Shown: positions 1 through 16,151 of the stretch, piece after piece | Position numbering within the stretch: position 1 is the first letter of the stretch | Layout of the letters: each line of letters opens with the position of its first letter | Notes under the pieces: generated by a model | Told to the model about the DNA's origin: nothing | The model's database searches: none | Seen by the model: the letters and a program-made list of their open reading frames with translations, nothing else | Made by a program: the position numbers and the translations under genes | DNA from: the human T2T-CHM13v2.0 reference genome, Homo sapiens | Assembly (NCBI RefSeq): GCF_009914755.1 | Contig: NC_060930.1 | DNA length: 64,000 nt | Direction: 5' to 3' (one strand)

Positions 1-329
1 GTTCTCCATCTGTTTTATTTGTCTATACTACAAAAGGAATATGAAAGATAAGGTGGGAACTTGTCCGGGTGAGGCCAGTAACCACCCAAAGAAGGCCTTT
101 GTCTAGAAGCCTCCTTTTAATATGATAGAAAAAAAGGATTTGAAACAAAGATTTAATGAAAGAAAGAAAAGAAGGAAAAAAGAAGTAGTATCTCAGCTAA
201 GACAAAACATCACTCAGATGAAACAATTACTTTGATCTCAATACATTTGGGTTTTCCTTCTGTTGTTAATCATAGCTCTTGAACATTATCCATTTCATTC
301 TAATGAATTATTTAACATTCCATTCCTTC

Positions 330-830
330 AACATACATGCATTGAGAGATAGTATAAATAAAATACATGTTATATCTTCTGGATATAACATGGTCCCAAG
401 GGGCTTCCAGTCTAGTGGGAAAGCTAGATCATTAATGCAAAAAAAAATTATGTAATCCATGTTACCAGCACAATACGCACATAGTGATGGGAAGCACAGA
501 ATAAGGAGGGGCATTTAAACCAGGCTGGCTCATCAGGAAACCTCCCTGGAGGAGACAAAGCCTGAGCTGACATTGAAGGAAGTCCAGGGGTTAAGCAATT
601 AAATCAGAAGAGGGGAATGGAAAGAAGAGTTTAAGGCATGAGAACCATATGAGGTAAGGTATATAGAGTAAGGGTCTTTCAAGAAAATCCAGGTATGATT
701 AGCGGTAGAGAGTAGCAGGATTTAAGTCTGAAGACACAGTGTAGAACCCAGACAGGAAGTATTCCATCCACCATGCTATGGAGACATTCTTGACTGTGAC
801 TTCTGCAGGGAGCCACTGAAGTGTCTAGAC
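330..830 (-). mobile_element. L2 LINE fragment (degraded)
   Basis: L2-like motifs ('catggtcccaaggggcttccagtctagtggga', 'cctgagctgacattgaagga', 'gggagccactgaag'); boundaries approximate. Confidence 0.5.
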
Positions 831-855
831 TGGGTTCAGTCAAAATCAAATTTGC

Positions 856-1138
856 GCCGGGCACGGTGGCTCATGCCTGTAATCCCAGCACTTTGGGAGG
901 CCGAGGCGGGCGGATCATGAGGTCAGGAGATCGAGACCATCCTGGCTAACACGGTGAAACGCCGTCTCTACTAAAAATACAAAAAATGAGCCGGGCATGG
1001 TGGCGGGCGCCTGTCGTCCCAGCTACTGGGGAGGCTGAGGCAGGAGAATGGGGTGAGCTTGCAGTGAGCAGAGATTGCACCACTGCACTCCAGCCTGGGC
1101 GACAGAGCGAGACTCTGTCTCAAAAAAAAAAAAAAAAA
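856..1138 (+). mobile_element. AluY (small deletion in right arm)
   Basis: 'gatcgagaccatcctggctaacacggtgaaac', A17 tail, TSD aaaatcaaatttgc at 842-855 and 1135-1148. Confidence 0.95.
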
Positions 1139-1148
1139 TCAAATTTGC

Positions 1149-1449
1149 TTTTTTTTTTTTTTTTTTTGAGATGGAGTTTTGCTCTTCTTGCCCAGGCTGG
1201 AGTGCAGTGGCGTGACCTCGGCTCACCGCAACCTCTGCCTTCTGGGTTCAAGCGATTCTTCTGCCGCAGCCTTCCAACTAGTTGGGACTACAGGCATGCA
1301 CCATCATGCCTGGCTAATTTTGTATTTTCAGTAGAGACGGGGTTTCTCCATGTAGGTCAGGCTGGTCTTGAACTCCCAACATCAGTTGATTCGCCCACCT
1401 TGGCCTCCCGAGGTGCTGGGTTTATGGGCATGAGCCACCACGCTTGGCC
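1149..1449 (-). mobile_element. AluSp-like
   Basis: Full antisense Alu; TSD caaatttgc at 1140-1148 and 1450-1458. Confidence 0.95.
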
Positions 1450-1500
1450 CAAATTTGCATTTTTTAAACTTTATTTTAGCTGCATTGTAGGGGGTTATTT

Positions 1501-1806
<306 letters not shown>

Positions 1807-2034
1807 TGTAGGGGCTTATTTAACCAGACCAGGAAAATGGTGGCAATGATCCAGTCAATGAATAATGAGACCATGAGAATTGGTATATCATGACATTTAG
1901 AACATTTTGGAAAGTTGAATCAGCAGCACTTTGTGAACACTTCGTGAGACTCAATGAGTTCAGCAGTAGTTAGAGAAGAGCCTAGGATGACTCCAACTAG
2001 GATGAAGCAACTGGGAAAAAATTAAGACAAAGGA

Positions 2035-2240
2035 ACCCAACACTTATTAAATACATCCTACGCACTGGGCATTATGCTCATTGTATATATTCATGAAATT
2101 TTTTAATCTTTATAATAAACCCATGACATAGTTGTTATTACTTCAACTGTAGATGAAGAAGCTTACAGTCAGAGAAGTCATTTTTACAAGAGCACTCAAA
2201 ATGGCAAAGACAGGGTTTAGAGGTAGCTATGTCTAATTAC
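2035..2240 (-). mobile_element. MIR fragment
   Basis: 'tttaatctttataataaacccatga...tgtagatgaagaagct' resembles the MIR core; approximate. Confidence 0.5.
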
Positions 2241-3048
2241 CTTATCTTTCAGGCAATAACATCATACCTCCTGGGCAGATGGGGCCTGTCGCTAATTACG
2301 ATAGCAAATTTTGAATATAGAGCAGGTTTGGGAGGCCGCTTTACATAGAAGGGTTGAAGAAAAAGGAAAATCCATGGGGATAAGAGGTGAAAAACACTGA
2401 ATGTTAAACAGGAGACAAGAGGATTGAGTGAGTGATCAACAATACTGGTGACTTGTGGACAGACAAGATATTGACTGACAGATGTTTATTGGATTTACTG
2501 ACAAGAAAATGGATGATTGTAACCATGAAAATAACAATTTTAGGGGAGTCGTGGAGACAAAACCATATCATGATGGTTAAGAAATGACTATGTCGAAAAA
2601 GCCAAATCCAAGTTGAAACTGTTTATATGTGCTGAGGGGATGAAAAAGAACAAGTTATTTCCAAGGGGTGAACCTAGTCAAAGCAGGCTTCCTACTGGAG
2701 TAGGCCTGGGGAAGCATAGATTTATGGCATCTTGACCCCTAGGTAAGATCTTGACATAAGCCTTCTCTTCTCAGTTCTTCCCCAAGTTAGGAAAAGCTGA
2801 GTTGAGAGGGGAAAAAAAAATCTTAACATTAATTTTAAAGGTAATCTGGGAATTTTGCTGGTTCTGTACAACTGAGGGACTCCAGATATATCAAAAGTAC
2901 TGGGTTTTCCCCAAGGATCCATCATCAAATGTAAGACCAAAAATCTTCCTCCTCAATTCTTACACATTTTATATTCCATGGAATCCCAAGAAAGGAACAT
3001 GTGGTCAGGTTCACAACATGTGTATGGAGAGAATTAAGAAAAATGGAG

Positions 3049-3582
<534 letters not shown>

Positions 3583-4132
3583 TTAAGTAGATAAAGAAGA
3601 AAATGTATGGTACTGCATGTGTATGTATATGTATATGTACATTTATACAGTATACATAAACATCTACATGTACTTTAGCTCACAGGTGACAATCCTGCAC
3701 ATAAGTATCACTTCAACACTTCAAACCTAAGGTCACTTGAGATCAGTGGCTTTCATCTCAATTTTAATACTTATGTTTTAGAACTTTAAAATACAATTGC
3801 TTAGACTTCACTTCAAAGACATAAAGTAGTAGCAACTTAGTCATGCATTTTGTGGTTTGTTTTACAAGAAATAAATTACAGTATGTAACAAACAATAATA
3901 TAAAACCGCCAAGAAAAAAATTTTAAACTAGCAATATTTGATATGAGAGGATAAAGACTATAATGAGAGAAAACTGTTCTGTTTTTCTGACACTCTTGAT
4001 GTTCTCCTTATCATATATATCACTCAGTCAGAAACAATGACAGAATTACTAATCCCAAGCAATGTTTTAAAAGCATGAATTCACTGATTAGTTTATTAAG
4101 GACCTTCTTATTTTTTTTATAGAGACCTTTTT

Positions 4133-4303
4133 ATTTTTTATTTATTTATTTTTTAGTTTAGGGTCATAGATGCATTTTATATGTATATATATACATATAT
4201 ATATATATTTTATTATACTTTAAGTTCTAGGGTACATGTGCACAACCTGCAGGTTTGTTACATATGTATACATGTGCCATGTTGGTGTGCTGCACCCATT
4301 AAC

Positions 4304-4305
<2 letters not shown>
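4133..4305 (-). mobile_element. 5'-truncated L1PA (PA4-PA6-like) 3' end with short 3' transduction and A tail
   Basis: 4208-4305 'ttattatactttaagttctagggtacatgtgcacaac...gctgcacccattaactc' is the antisense L1PA 3' terminus; TSD 4117-4132 and 4327-4342 (14/16 match). Confidence 0.92.
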
Positions 4306-4666
<361 letters not shown>

Positions 4667-5870
4667 TCACATAAAGACAATAAATAGGAAAGATATTAAA
4701 TCAGTATTTCCTTGGTTTTAATCCTTAGTTTAATGTTTGTACTGAAACACACTCATTTTGTCCTGAAAGATATTAAAGCTAGCTTCCCACCTTTTCCTGA
4801 ACCACCAAAAAGTATAACATTTTCCCAGAGTTCTGGCCATTGTTTTTATTTTATGTTATTTTATTTTAGGCTATATTGAAAAGTGGACCAAAGCCCTTCA
4901 TGAGCTAGCATCATGGAGATTTGCCAGACAGGCCTGATGAATCTCATCTAACCCTGTCACCTCAGAAAGCTTGCCAGGAAAGCTGAAAAAGTTAACATCC
5001 TTCATTTTGCCACCTTTACTTCCTCCAGAAAGGCATCTTCTCCACACCTTGGCAGAGCTGCAAACACCCTCCCACTGAGTTCACATTGTTCTGAGAGGGG
5101 TCGCTAACTTCTGCGCCCAAGTCAGCCCAGGTAACAGCCCCTCCAGACCCTGTGATGTCACCCCTTTAATTCCTTGTGAGCATGAAACCCCCAGGAGAGA
5201 CTGAAATTCAGGAGCCCTTCACAGCCGAACAATGAGCACATAGCTTTGCCTGGCATCAGAGCCCCAGTGCAGGAATAGCTCTTTTAACCTCAGGGCTCCC
5301 TCAGAGCCATGGGGATTTGATATAGATCCACACTCCACAGGGAGTGGCTGCAGCAACAGCACAGAGAAAGTGGCTTCCCAGAAGCCACAGGTCCCTTGAG
5401 TCCCATAAGCAACCTCCATGGGAGAGCTTTTTTTCCTCCCATAAACATTATTAATTTTTAAATTTCTTCCCTTTATTTTTCTAAAATTTTGACTATTTTG
5501 TATTCATTCACCTTACTTAGTTTTTTTGAGGGGGAATGAAGATGGCTTCTTTGGATATTTATAAATATTGATCCCCAGATACCTAATAAGGATTTGGGGG
5601 ATAGCTGTTCACTAGACTTAATAAAGTCTGTGAGGAAGTGACCAGAAATGACCTGACACTAGATAAGAGGAATGTCTCCAAATTTCTGATTCTAACTGGT
5701 CACGTTCCATGATCTTAGTAGACATGGCGATTATAGCCATAACTGTAAAGAGACAAGAAAGAAGTTCATTTGGACCACGGAATAGTCAGATCAGTTTCCA
5801 AGTGGGGCAGTGTATTACCACTGTGTTTTTCAACATTCGTTGACTTTCTGTACCCAAGGAATAGTTTTCT

Positions 5871-6198
5871 TTTTGTTGTTGTTGTTTCATTGTTTTTTTG
5901 TTTTGTTTTGTTTTTGGTTTTTAAGACAGAGTTTCGCTCTTATTGCCCATAAGGGCAATGGCGCTATCTGGGCTCACCACAACTTCTGCCTCCTGGTTCA
6001 AGCAATTCTCCTGCCTCAGCCTCCTCAGTAGCTGGGATTACAGGCATGCACCACCACACCAGGCTAATTTTGTATTTTTGGTAGATACTGGGTCTCTCCA
6101 TGTTGGTCAGTCTGGTCTTGAACTCCCGACCTCAGGTAATCCACCCGCATCAGCCTCCCAAAGTACTGGGATTACAGACATGAGCCACCACGCCAGGC
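5871..6198 (-). mobile_element. AluS (Sp/Sq-like)
   Basis: Antisense Alu; TSD ggaatagtttt starting at 5858 and 6199. Confidence 0.93.
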
Positions 6199-6419
6199 GG
6201 AATAGTTTTTCTTTTACGGTTTCCAGCAAGGCCCAGATGAGCAGAAAGAGGCTTTCTTATTTATTTTTTGTTTGTTTAGCTTATACTGCACACCTTTGAC
6301 AGTGTTAAATCTTCTCCAGGGCTCAAGAGTTTGCCTGAAACTTCTCTTTGGCACTAATAGGCCCATGGCAAGAGGTTTGAGTTCCTATACCCTTTTAATA
6401 AACTTCTTTCTTTTAATAA

Positions 6420-6748
<329 letters not shown>

Positions 6749-7659
6749 AAATAAACTTATTTCTAACTTTCCCTATGCTTAGTTATTTTCTCTACCTCAG
6801 GCCATCGGTGCTACGTGACCACGCCCTAACCTAGCTATAGAATGTTATCTGCAGGATATACTATCATTCACAATCTGATTATACCAGTTTGCATGTTATG
6901 ATTATTCAAAATCTGGTAAGAAGTACCTAGAACACATTACAAAGCACCAAGCGACAAGAACGCTGCCCTGAGGAGCTTACACAGTCTAGGCCAGACAAAA
7001 GCTAGAATGCCTAGCAAGCAGAGCAGAGCTGCAGAAAACTGTTGAGGGGATGAGCATTGGAAAGATCTGAAAAAGAGACTATGGGACATACAAATTATAG
7101 CTATCTTTTATAGAAGTAATATAAAAATAAACCGTGAAGAAAATAATATATAAAAAGGAAAAAATTCCCAAAAGCAGACATGAGGAAAAAAACTAAGAAA
7201 TAAAATAGATCAAGCCAGATTATAGATTGTGCAGAGCTTAAATGAAAACAAACTCATGGAATGCAACTTGGAAAAAGAAGTAATTTAAAGAAGCATGTCA
7301 GGTAGAAGAGTGACATGATCTTATTGTAGGAGGGGTGGGGGAAATATGGAATGCTCGACACAAGAGTTTTACACAGATTTTATGGTAAAAATTTAAAAGT
7401 TGAAAATTCACCAGTCAAATACATTTAAAACTTCTTTTTACCTAATTGTACTATAATGCAATCTTACATCACAGTTAATTGTTCAAGTTCATAGATTGTG
7501 GTGTAACGTAATATGGTAAATAAATAAGAAACATCAATGAAATCAAATGACCATAAGATTTTATGCAGTTATGTTCCATCAATTGTGCAAAATTCCTTGG
7601 TAATTAAAATATATTTTATTGTTCTGATTTTGTTTCAAAAGCTATTTTAGAAATGTTTA

Positions 7660-7871
7660 GACTGGGCAACATAGGGAGACCCCATCTCTACAAAAAATAA
7701 AAAAATTAGTTGGGCATGGTGGCTCACACCTGTAGTCTCAGCTGGAGTGGGGGGCTGAGATGGGAGGATCACTACATCCCAGGGAGGTCAAGGCTACAGT
7801 GAGCCATGATGGTGCCACCACACTCTAGCCTGGGTGACAGAGCAAGACCTTTTCTTTAAAAAAAAAAAAAG
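7660..7871 (+). mobile_element. 5'-truncated AluJ
   Basis: 'ctgggcaacatagggagacc...ggtcaaggctacagtgagcc' plus A tail. Confidence 0.9.
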
Positions 7872-8660
7872 AAGAAATGTTCTACACCAGATAGAACATG
7901 TTTTAGTTTATACAATCGGTTGTGTGGGGTTTTTTTTTCCTTTTTGTTTTATGGATGAGAATTCAGACATTGGCATTTGGTTTCTTTTTTTCTTTTTTTA
8001 AATTTTAATTATCTCACACTGAAGTTGGCAGGAAAACTAAGTAGATGGTTTATATGCAATATACACAGACAAAGTGCTGTAGAGTAAATAACACACTATA
8101 AAAACACCCAGCAATTTAACTGCTAAAATCCAGGGTAAGCGTGTAAAAGCTAGTGTCGGCTCCACAACTGAGAATTGCTTGGCTGTGTATGTTTAAGGTG
8201 GGGCTGAAAGGGCGAGGGTCAGGTGGGACCACGACTCTCCCTTGGATGGGAAAACTACTCTTTACCCTTCTGCCTCTCCCCATGCGCAGCAAGTCTAAAC
8301 CAACCTGGAATTGGATTTGTCACAGGGAAGATTTTCTCAGTTTGCCTTCAACAGTGATGGCTCCTGACTCCTGTCTGCTCTGTGATTTCCCAAGAGAGAA
8401 TGTCACATTTTTCTAACCTCTTTGTGGGGTTAGGAATATGTATGTCTGGTCACTGCAAAGAGCTGCCAATGACTGGCCATGTCCTTTTAGCACCTTGGAA
8501 ATCAATACTCTGGCTGCTTCCTTGTAGAAAAATTTCAGAATTGAATTGATTTCTATACCTTTAGGAAATGTGAGCAATTGTCTAAGACCATATAATATAA
8601 AGGAGTTTGGAAAGATCACTATTAGGGGTGAAATTGTTCCCCCCACCCCCAACCCCTATA

Positions 8661-8883
8661 ACCTTGAATTCCTGGGCTCAAGTGATTCTCCTGTCTCGAC
8701 CTCCTGAGTAACTGGGACTACAGGCACACACCATCATAATTGTTAAAATTTTTTTTTAATTTTTTTTTTATAGAAACAGGATCTTGCCATGTTGCCCAGG
8801 CTGGTCTCAAAATCCTGAATGCAAGCTATCTCCTCGACTTCCCAAAGTGTTGAGATTACAGGCATGAGCCACCTCACCCAGCC
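8661..8883 (-). mobile_element. Partial AluJ
   Basis: Antisense Alu lacking its 3' end. Confidence 0.85.
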
Positions 8884-9386
8884 ATGTCTCAGGGATCTTG
8901 AAAACAAGTGGTTCAAGAGGAAAAGCTGCCTGAAAGGTGTACAGATCTCTCATTCAACACCTGCCTGACATCACACATCTGCAAGGCAGAGAGGTAAACT
9001 ATCTCTAAGAAATCAGGCCCCTGACACAGTTCCAGAGCAAGTAAGATTAGCACCTCTGTGAGTCTGCTGCCCTGCCACATATTATATTTAACAGAAGTTT
9101 CTTAGGAGTAACCTATTTGAACTAGGAAGCAACAGAAGTTTCCACATGACTGTACCATCTACCACTTTCTAGAATGAAAATCTTAACCTGGGGTTAGAAT
9201 TCAGGGAGCTTGGGAACTCAGATGAGGGGAAAAAAACCCCACATCTTTATTTCTACTAACCTCTAACTAACATTTAGCATTTCCTTCTATTTTGAATGTA
9301 GGTAATAAACCAGTGTTACCAGCAATATCAATGACAGAAATAGAAATAATTTCATTAATAGAAATCACAGATATATCAGTTATTGA

Positions 9387-9721
<335 letters not shown>

Positions 9722-9839
9722 GCTCATCACTTCTTTGGAATGTTAGTAGTCATTATTATTTAATGACTATTATTATTATGTAATACATCATCAAAAAGGT
9801 AGATATTAGTACATTACATTTTATGATAAATGCATCTTA

Positions 9840-10134
<295 letters not shown>

Positions 10135-10459
10135 GCATCTCAATATAGTTTCTTTGGTAATCCTATGTGTTTTATTCATGCATTTACAAGCATTGCTGTG
10201 AAAAGGGATTCCTAAGCTTACCAGCTCTGGTTGGCATGGTGGCACACAAAAGATTAGGAGCCTCGGATGTGGTCAAAGAATAGCCATGGGGGAAGTGTGG
10301 CTACCCAGAACTTCAGATATCCCAGCACATTTTTTATAATAAGAAGACAACAGAAAGATCTATAATACACTACTGAATCATTGGAAGCTACTTAAAAACA
10401 TGAGAGTTGAGTTCAGGGAGTCTTGGGTAAAGTTCTTTGTTGGTGTTTTGGGGGGTTTT

Positions 10460-10774
10460 ATTATTTATTTATTTATTTATTTATTTTATTATTTAGAGAT
10501 AGGCTCACTATGTTGCCCAGGCCGGAGTGCAGTGGCAAGGTCTTGGCTCACTGCAACTTCTGACTCCTGGGTTCAAGCGACTGTCCTGCCTTAGCCTCCC
10601 AAGTACCTAGGATTACAGGTATGCACCACCACATCTGGCTAATTTTTGTATTTTTAGTAGAGATAAGGTTTCACCATGTTGATCAGCTGGTCTCGAACTC
10701 CTGACCTCAAGTGATCTGTCCGCCTCTGACTCCCAAAGTGCTGGGATTACAGGCGTGAGCTACCGCGCCCGGCC
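10460..10774 (-). mobile_element. AluSx-like
   Basis: Full antisense Alu with (TTTA)n tail. Confidence 0.93.
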
Positions 10775-10931
10775 AGGTTTTTCTTTTTAAAGCAATTTTG
10801 AAACAAATAGTTTGAGGCCCACATTTTGAGAAATGTTGATATGAATGTTCTGCTAATTTAACCATTTTTAGTTCATATATAATCACCTATCCTGAATATT
10901 TCTTCTTCATTTCTGGCTTCTGAATATATCA

Positions 10932-11249
10932 TTTTTCTTTTCTTTTCTTTTTTTTCTTTTTTTTTTTTTTGAGACAGAGTCTCTGTCGCCCAGGCTGGAG
11001 CACAGTTGGGCAACTTTGGCTCACTACAGCCTCCCCCTCCCAGGTTCAAGTGATCCTCCTGCCTCAGCCTCTAAAGTAGCTGGGATTACAGGTGTGCACT
11101 ACCAGGCCTGGCTAATTCTTTTGCATTTTTAGTAGAGATGGGGTTTTGCCATGTTGGCCGGGGTGATCTCGAACTCCTGACATCAAGTGATCCTGCTGCC
11201 TCGGCCTCCCAAAGTGCTGGGATTACAGGTGTGAACCACTGCACCCAGC
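10932..11249 (-). mobile_element. Alu (S/J)
   Basis: Full antisense Alu. Confidence 0.93.
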
Positions 11250-11975
11250 TACCTGAATCCATCTTAAATGACATTTTAAAGATTCATTTTTTAAGTTTAC
11301 TTTGAGTAGCAAAAATAATTTTTAAAGTATTTTCACAAGTAACAAGTTTTAAAATGCCATTTATGGTTTAGCACTTTTTGAAGATAGAGGAAAACCATGT
11401 TAAACAAAAAAAGGGATGGGGGTGGCTTGGAAAGATATATACAGATCATGAGACCTAAAAAGGGTTAGTATCTTTCTTGAGCCTTATGAACTTTGCTGAT
11501 GTGAAAGATGAAGCAACCTAAGGCTTGTTAAACTCCTTGAAGCTTTACTTTTGCAAACACCTCTGCCTTTCTGGAGTTATGTGGCTCATCTTGTGTTCAC
11601 ATTAACAGATGCCTGCCATTTTGTCAAGAAACTGATAGAATTTGCAAAGCGGTCACTGACATCTCTCACAGAGAAATGCATAGCACTTAAGTGAACCACA
11701 CTTTAGTTAGGCCATGTTAACTTGGTTTCAAGTGTTCTGAGTAAACAAACTAACTACAATAGTACTAGGAGGCCAAGTGTCATTTGCTCTGAGGTATGGG
11801 ATAAGCCTTGTTTCCTCCACGCTACCATGGGAGACCTTGAAGGCCTCCTAGTTCAGCAGCTACTCAGTATGAAACATCAGAAATTACAAAATAAGCTTTT
11901 CTTTTAAAAGATAGATTTTCATAATGTGTATCCTTTTACCCTAGTCTGTTTTCTAATGCATATCATTATATCTGA

Positions 11976-12370
<395 letters not shown>

Positions 12371-12594
12371 GTTGGCAGTTTTATTACGGAACTTGTTGGA
12401 GCCTACCTTATGTTATAGTTAGTAGGCCACTCTCTTCCTCCGGATTCAGGCTTTCAGGGCTGGTCTGCTTTAGACCTTTATTAATACACCTCTTGAGGTT
12501 AGTGACCCACAGCAGGGGCTTAAGTGGAATGACTAGAGGTGCTCACTTCAAATCTGCCCTCGTAGCTCACCATCTCAGCTAACCAGGTGGCTGA

Positions 12595-12803
12595 TGCCTG
12601 GGTTGGAGTCCTGACTTTGCTACTCACCAACTGTATGACATTGGGCAATCTAGTTATCAATATTTTCAAAGCTCCATTTCTCTCACTATATAAGAGAATG
12701 ATACCTTCCTCTTAGATTTGTTGTGGGAATTACAAGAGATTGTGTATGTTAAGCACTTAAGACTGCACCTGGGAAGTGCTCAGGAATTATTAGCTATTAT
12801 TAT
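12595..12803 (+). mobile_element. MIR
   Basis: 'ctgtatgacattgggcaa...ttgttgtgggaattacaagagat...tagctattattat'. Confidence 0.8.
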
Positions 12804-12924
12804 TTTCAGCCAACAACTTGGATAAAACATAAAAATTATGCAACTATGAAATCTTGAACCAAGGAAGCCTTGGATAATGGTTGTTCAGTGGCATTCAATG
12901 ACTTGAGTATTAGAGCCACGTAAA

Positions 12925-13053
12925 AGAGCGGCTCTGAGCCAGCGTCACTCATCAGAATCACCTGGAGAGCTTTTGCAACATTCTAAGCCAGAGTCCTTGT
13001 GATGCAGACTGGGCACAAATGTTTTTTTAAAAGCTCACCACATAATTTTGATG
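12925..13053. mobile_element. MER5-family hAT fragment
   Basis: 'catcagaatcacctggagagct...ttttaaaagctcacca'; the terminus 'ggttaagaactact' continues after the Alu. Confidence 0.55.
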
Positions 13054-13068
13054 AAAAACTCCTGGTTA

Positions 13069-13404
13069 AGCCAGGCGTGGTGGCTCGCGCCTGTAATCCC
13101 AGCACTTTGGGAGGCTGAGGCGGGCAGATCACTTGAGGTCAGGAGTCCAAGACCAGCCTGGCCAACACAGTGAAACTCCGTCTCTACTAAAAATACAAAA
13201 ATTAGTTGAGTGTGGTGGCACACACCTGTAATCCTAGCTACTCAGGAGGCTTAGGCATAAGAATCACTTGAACCTGGGAGATGGAGATTGCAGTGAGCAG
13301 AGATGTCACCACTGTACCCCAGCGTGGGCAACAGAGCAAGACTCTGTCCCCCCCCAAAAAAAGAAGAAAGAAAAGGAAGAAAGAAAGAAAAGAAGGAAAG
13401 AAAG
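13069..13404 (+). mobile_element. AluSx-like with GA-rich tail
   Basis: Full Alu; TSD aaactcctggtta. Confidence 0.95.
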
Positions 13405-13434
13405 AAACTCCTGGTTAAGAACTACTCAAATATT

Positions 13435-13722
<288 letters not shown>

Positions 13723-13725
13723 CTC

Positions 13726-14031
<306 letters not shown>

Positions 14032-15072
14032 TCAAGTATTATAAGCATGGCACCCTGCTAAGGACTGTGAGGGTACCGAAACTGCAAAAGGGGTACCTTC
14101 TATTGATGGGTCCATGATCCTATCAGGTGACCAAGGCATTTACATAAAAAGTTAAGGAAAAAAAAAAAAAAGCAATACCACTGCTACACATGACAAAGAG
14201 CCAAGTAATGATGTTAATATCCTGGCAGAACAGGACAGAAAGGAGACGGGGACAGATCCCCTCCCAGAAGGGTCAAGTGCGAGAGAAGCCCAGGGGCCTT
14301 GAGATACATTTCAGGCGGTGGAAAGGAGATGGAGATTCAGGTGATGGAGAGGTGGAGTCCTCCAAGTCCTAAAACAGCAAGAGCCCCTTTATTTGAAATA
14401 TTTGCTAATAACAGTGCCATTTTCAAGCCACAATTTAAGAAATGCAGCTCTTTCTTGATCCTTGGCTAGGTCATCTGGAAGCGCCAAACGTCTGAGAACA
14501 ATACTTTGCTACCTCTCCCTTCCTACCCATCTTAGTATAGATTAGATCCTTCCTGTCCTGGCTCCTAACTTCCATTCTGTTGCTTCTAATTGCACTTTAC
14601 TTCCTAGGTACTTGACACTCAGAATTTGCTGGGTAACCTGCCTGAGGGAAAGTTATTTTGAAAAGTTATCACTCTGTGGTAATGACCTGGAAGCAGTATT
14701 TCTGGGAAGATGATGCTGAGGGAGTCTGGAGTCACAGGGCACATGGCTGCTGACAGCCTCCTAAGACCAGTTAATGAGTTGCTGCTGGTTTACAAGTGTC
14801 CATTTCTGTGGTCTTTTCAGTTGACCTATTATATTTCAATACATTAATTTTTTTCAGATTCATACTTATAATCAATAGGTAAGTCAGAGAGCTCCCTGTG
14901 AAACATTATTTAAAATTAAGTAAATTAAATTTAAAAATTAAATTATTTAAAAACTCCATTCAATGTACACTTAAAAACAGTTAAAATGGTAATTTTTGTT
15001 ATCACAATTTTTAAAAATTAAAAATGTAATATACCAAAAACAAAGTACATTTTATTAAACTTTTACACAAAA

Positions 15073-15194
15073 TTTTTAGAGACAGGAATCTTGCTATGTT
15101 GCCCAGGCTGGACTCGAACTCCTGGGCTCAAGGGATCCTCCTGCCTCAGCCTCCCAAGCAGCTGGGACCACAGGCTCATGCCACCACAGCCAGC
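15073..15194 (-). mobile_element. FLAM_A-like monomer
   Basis: Antisense single Alu monomer. Confidence 0.85.
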
Positions 15195-15263
15195 AAAAAT
15201 GAGGCATACTTTATTTCTTTATCTTTTATTTTTTAATACTCTTTAAACCAGATAGTGACACAC

Positions 15264-15585
15264 TATTTTATTTTATTTTATTTTATTTTATTTTATTTTA
15301 TTTTAAGACAGGGTCTCACTCTGTTATCCAGGGACTGGAGTGCAGTGGTATGATCTGGGCTCACTGCAGCCTTGACTTCCCAGGTGATTCTCCCACCTCA
15401 GATTCCTGAGTAGCTGGGACCACAGGCACACACATCCATGCCTGACTAATTTTTTTTGTATTTTTATTAGAGACAGGGTTTCACCCTGTTGCCCAGGCTG
15501 GTCTTGAACTCCTGGACTCAAGCAATGTGCCCACCTCGGCCTCCCAAAGTGCTAGGATCACAGCCATGAGCCACCGCATTTAGCC
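15264..15585 (-). mobile_element. AluJ
   Basis: Antisense Alu with (TTTTA)n tail, inserted in an L1M 3' end remnant ('atggtatgtgaattatatctcaataaagc'). Confidence 0.92.
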
Positions 15586-15797
15586 TAGGCATACTTCAAA
15601 TGGCTGCATTGTATGGTATGTGAATTATATCTCAATAAAGCGTGTAAAAGACTCTCCATTCAAAATAGGGAAAAATTTTCAATTCTATTTGCACAAAAGG
15701 GGTCACAACAAATGTCCTTATTCTTAGTGGATACAGCCCATTCCTTTCTCTCTAAGTATTTTCAGTCAAAGCAAAACTTTTGGTCACTTGAGACTCA

Positions 15798-16151
<354 letters not shown>

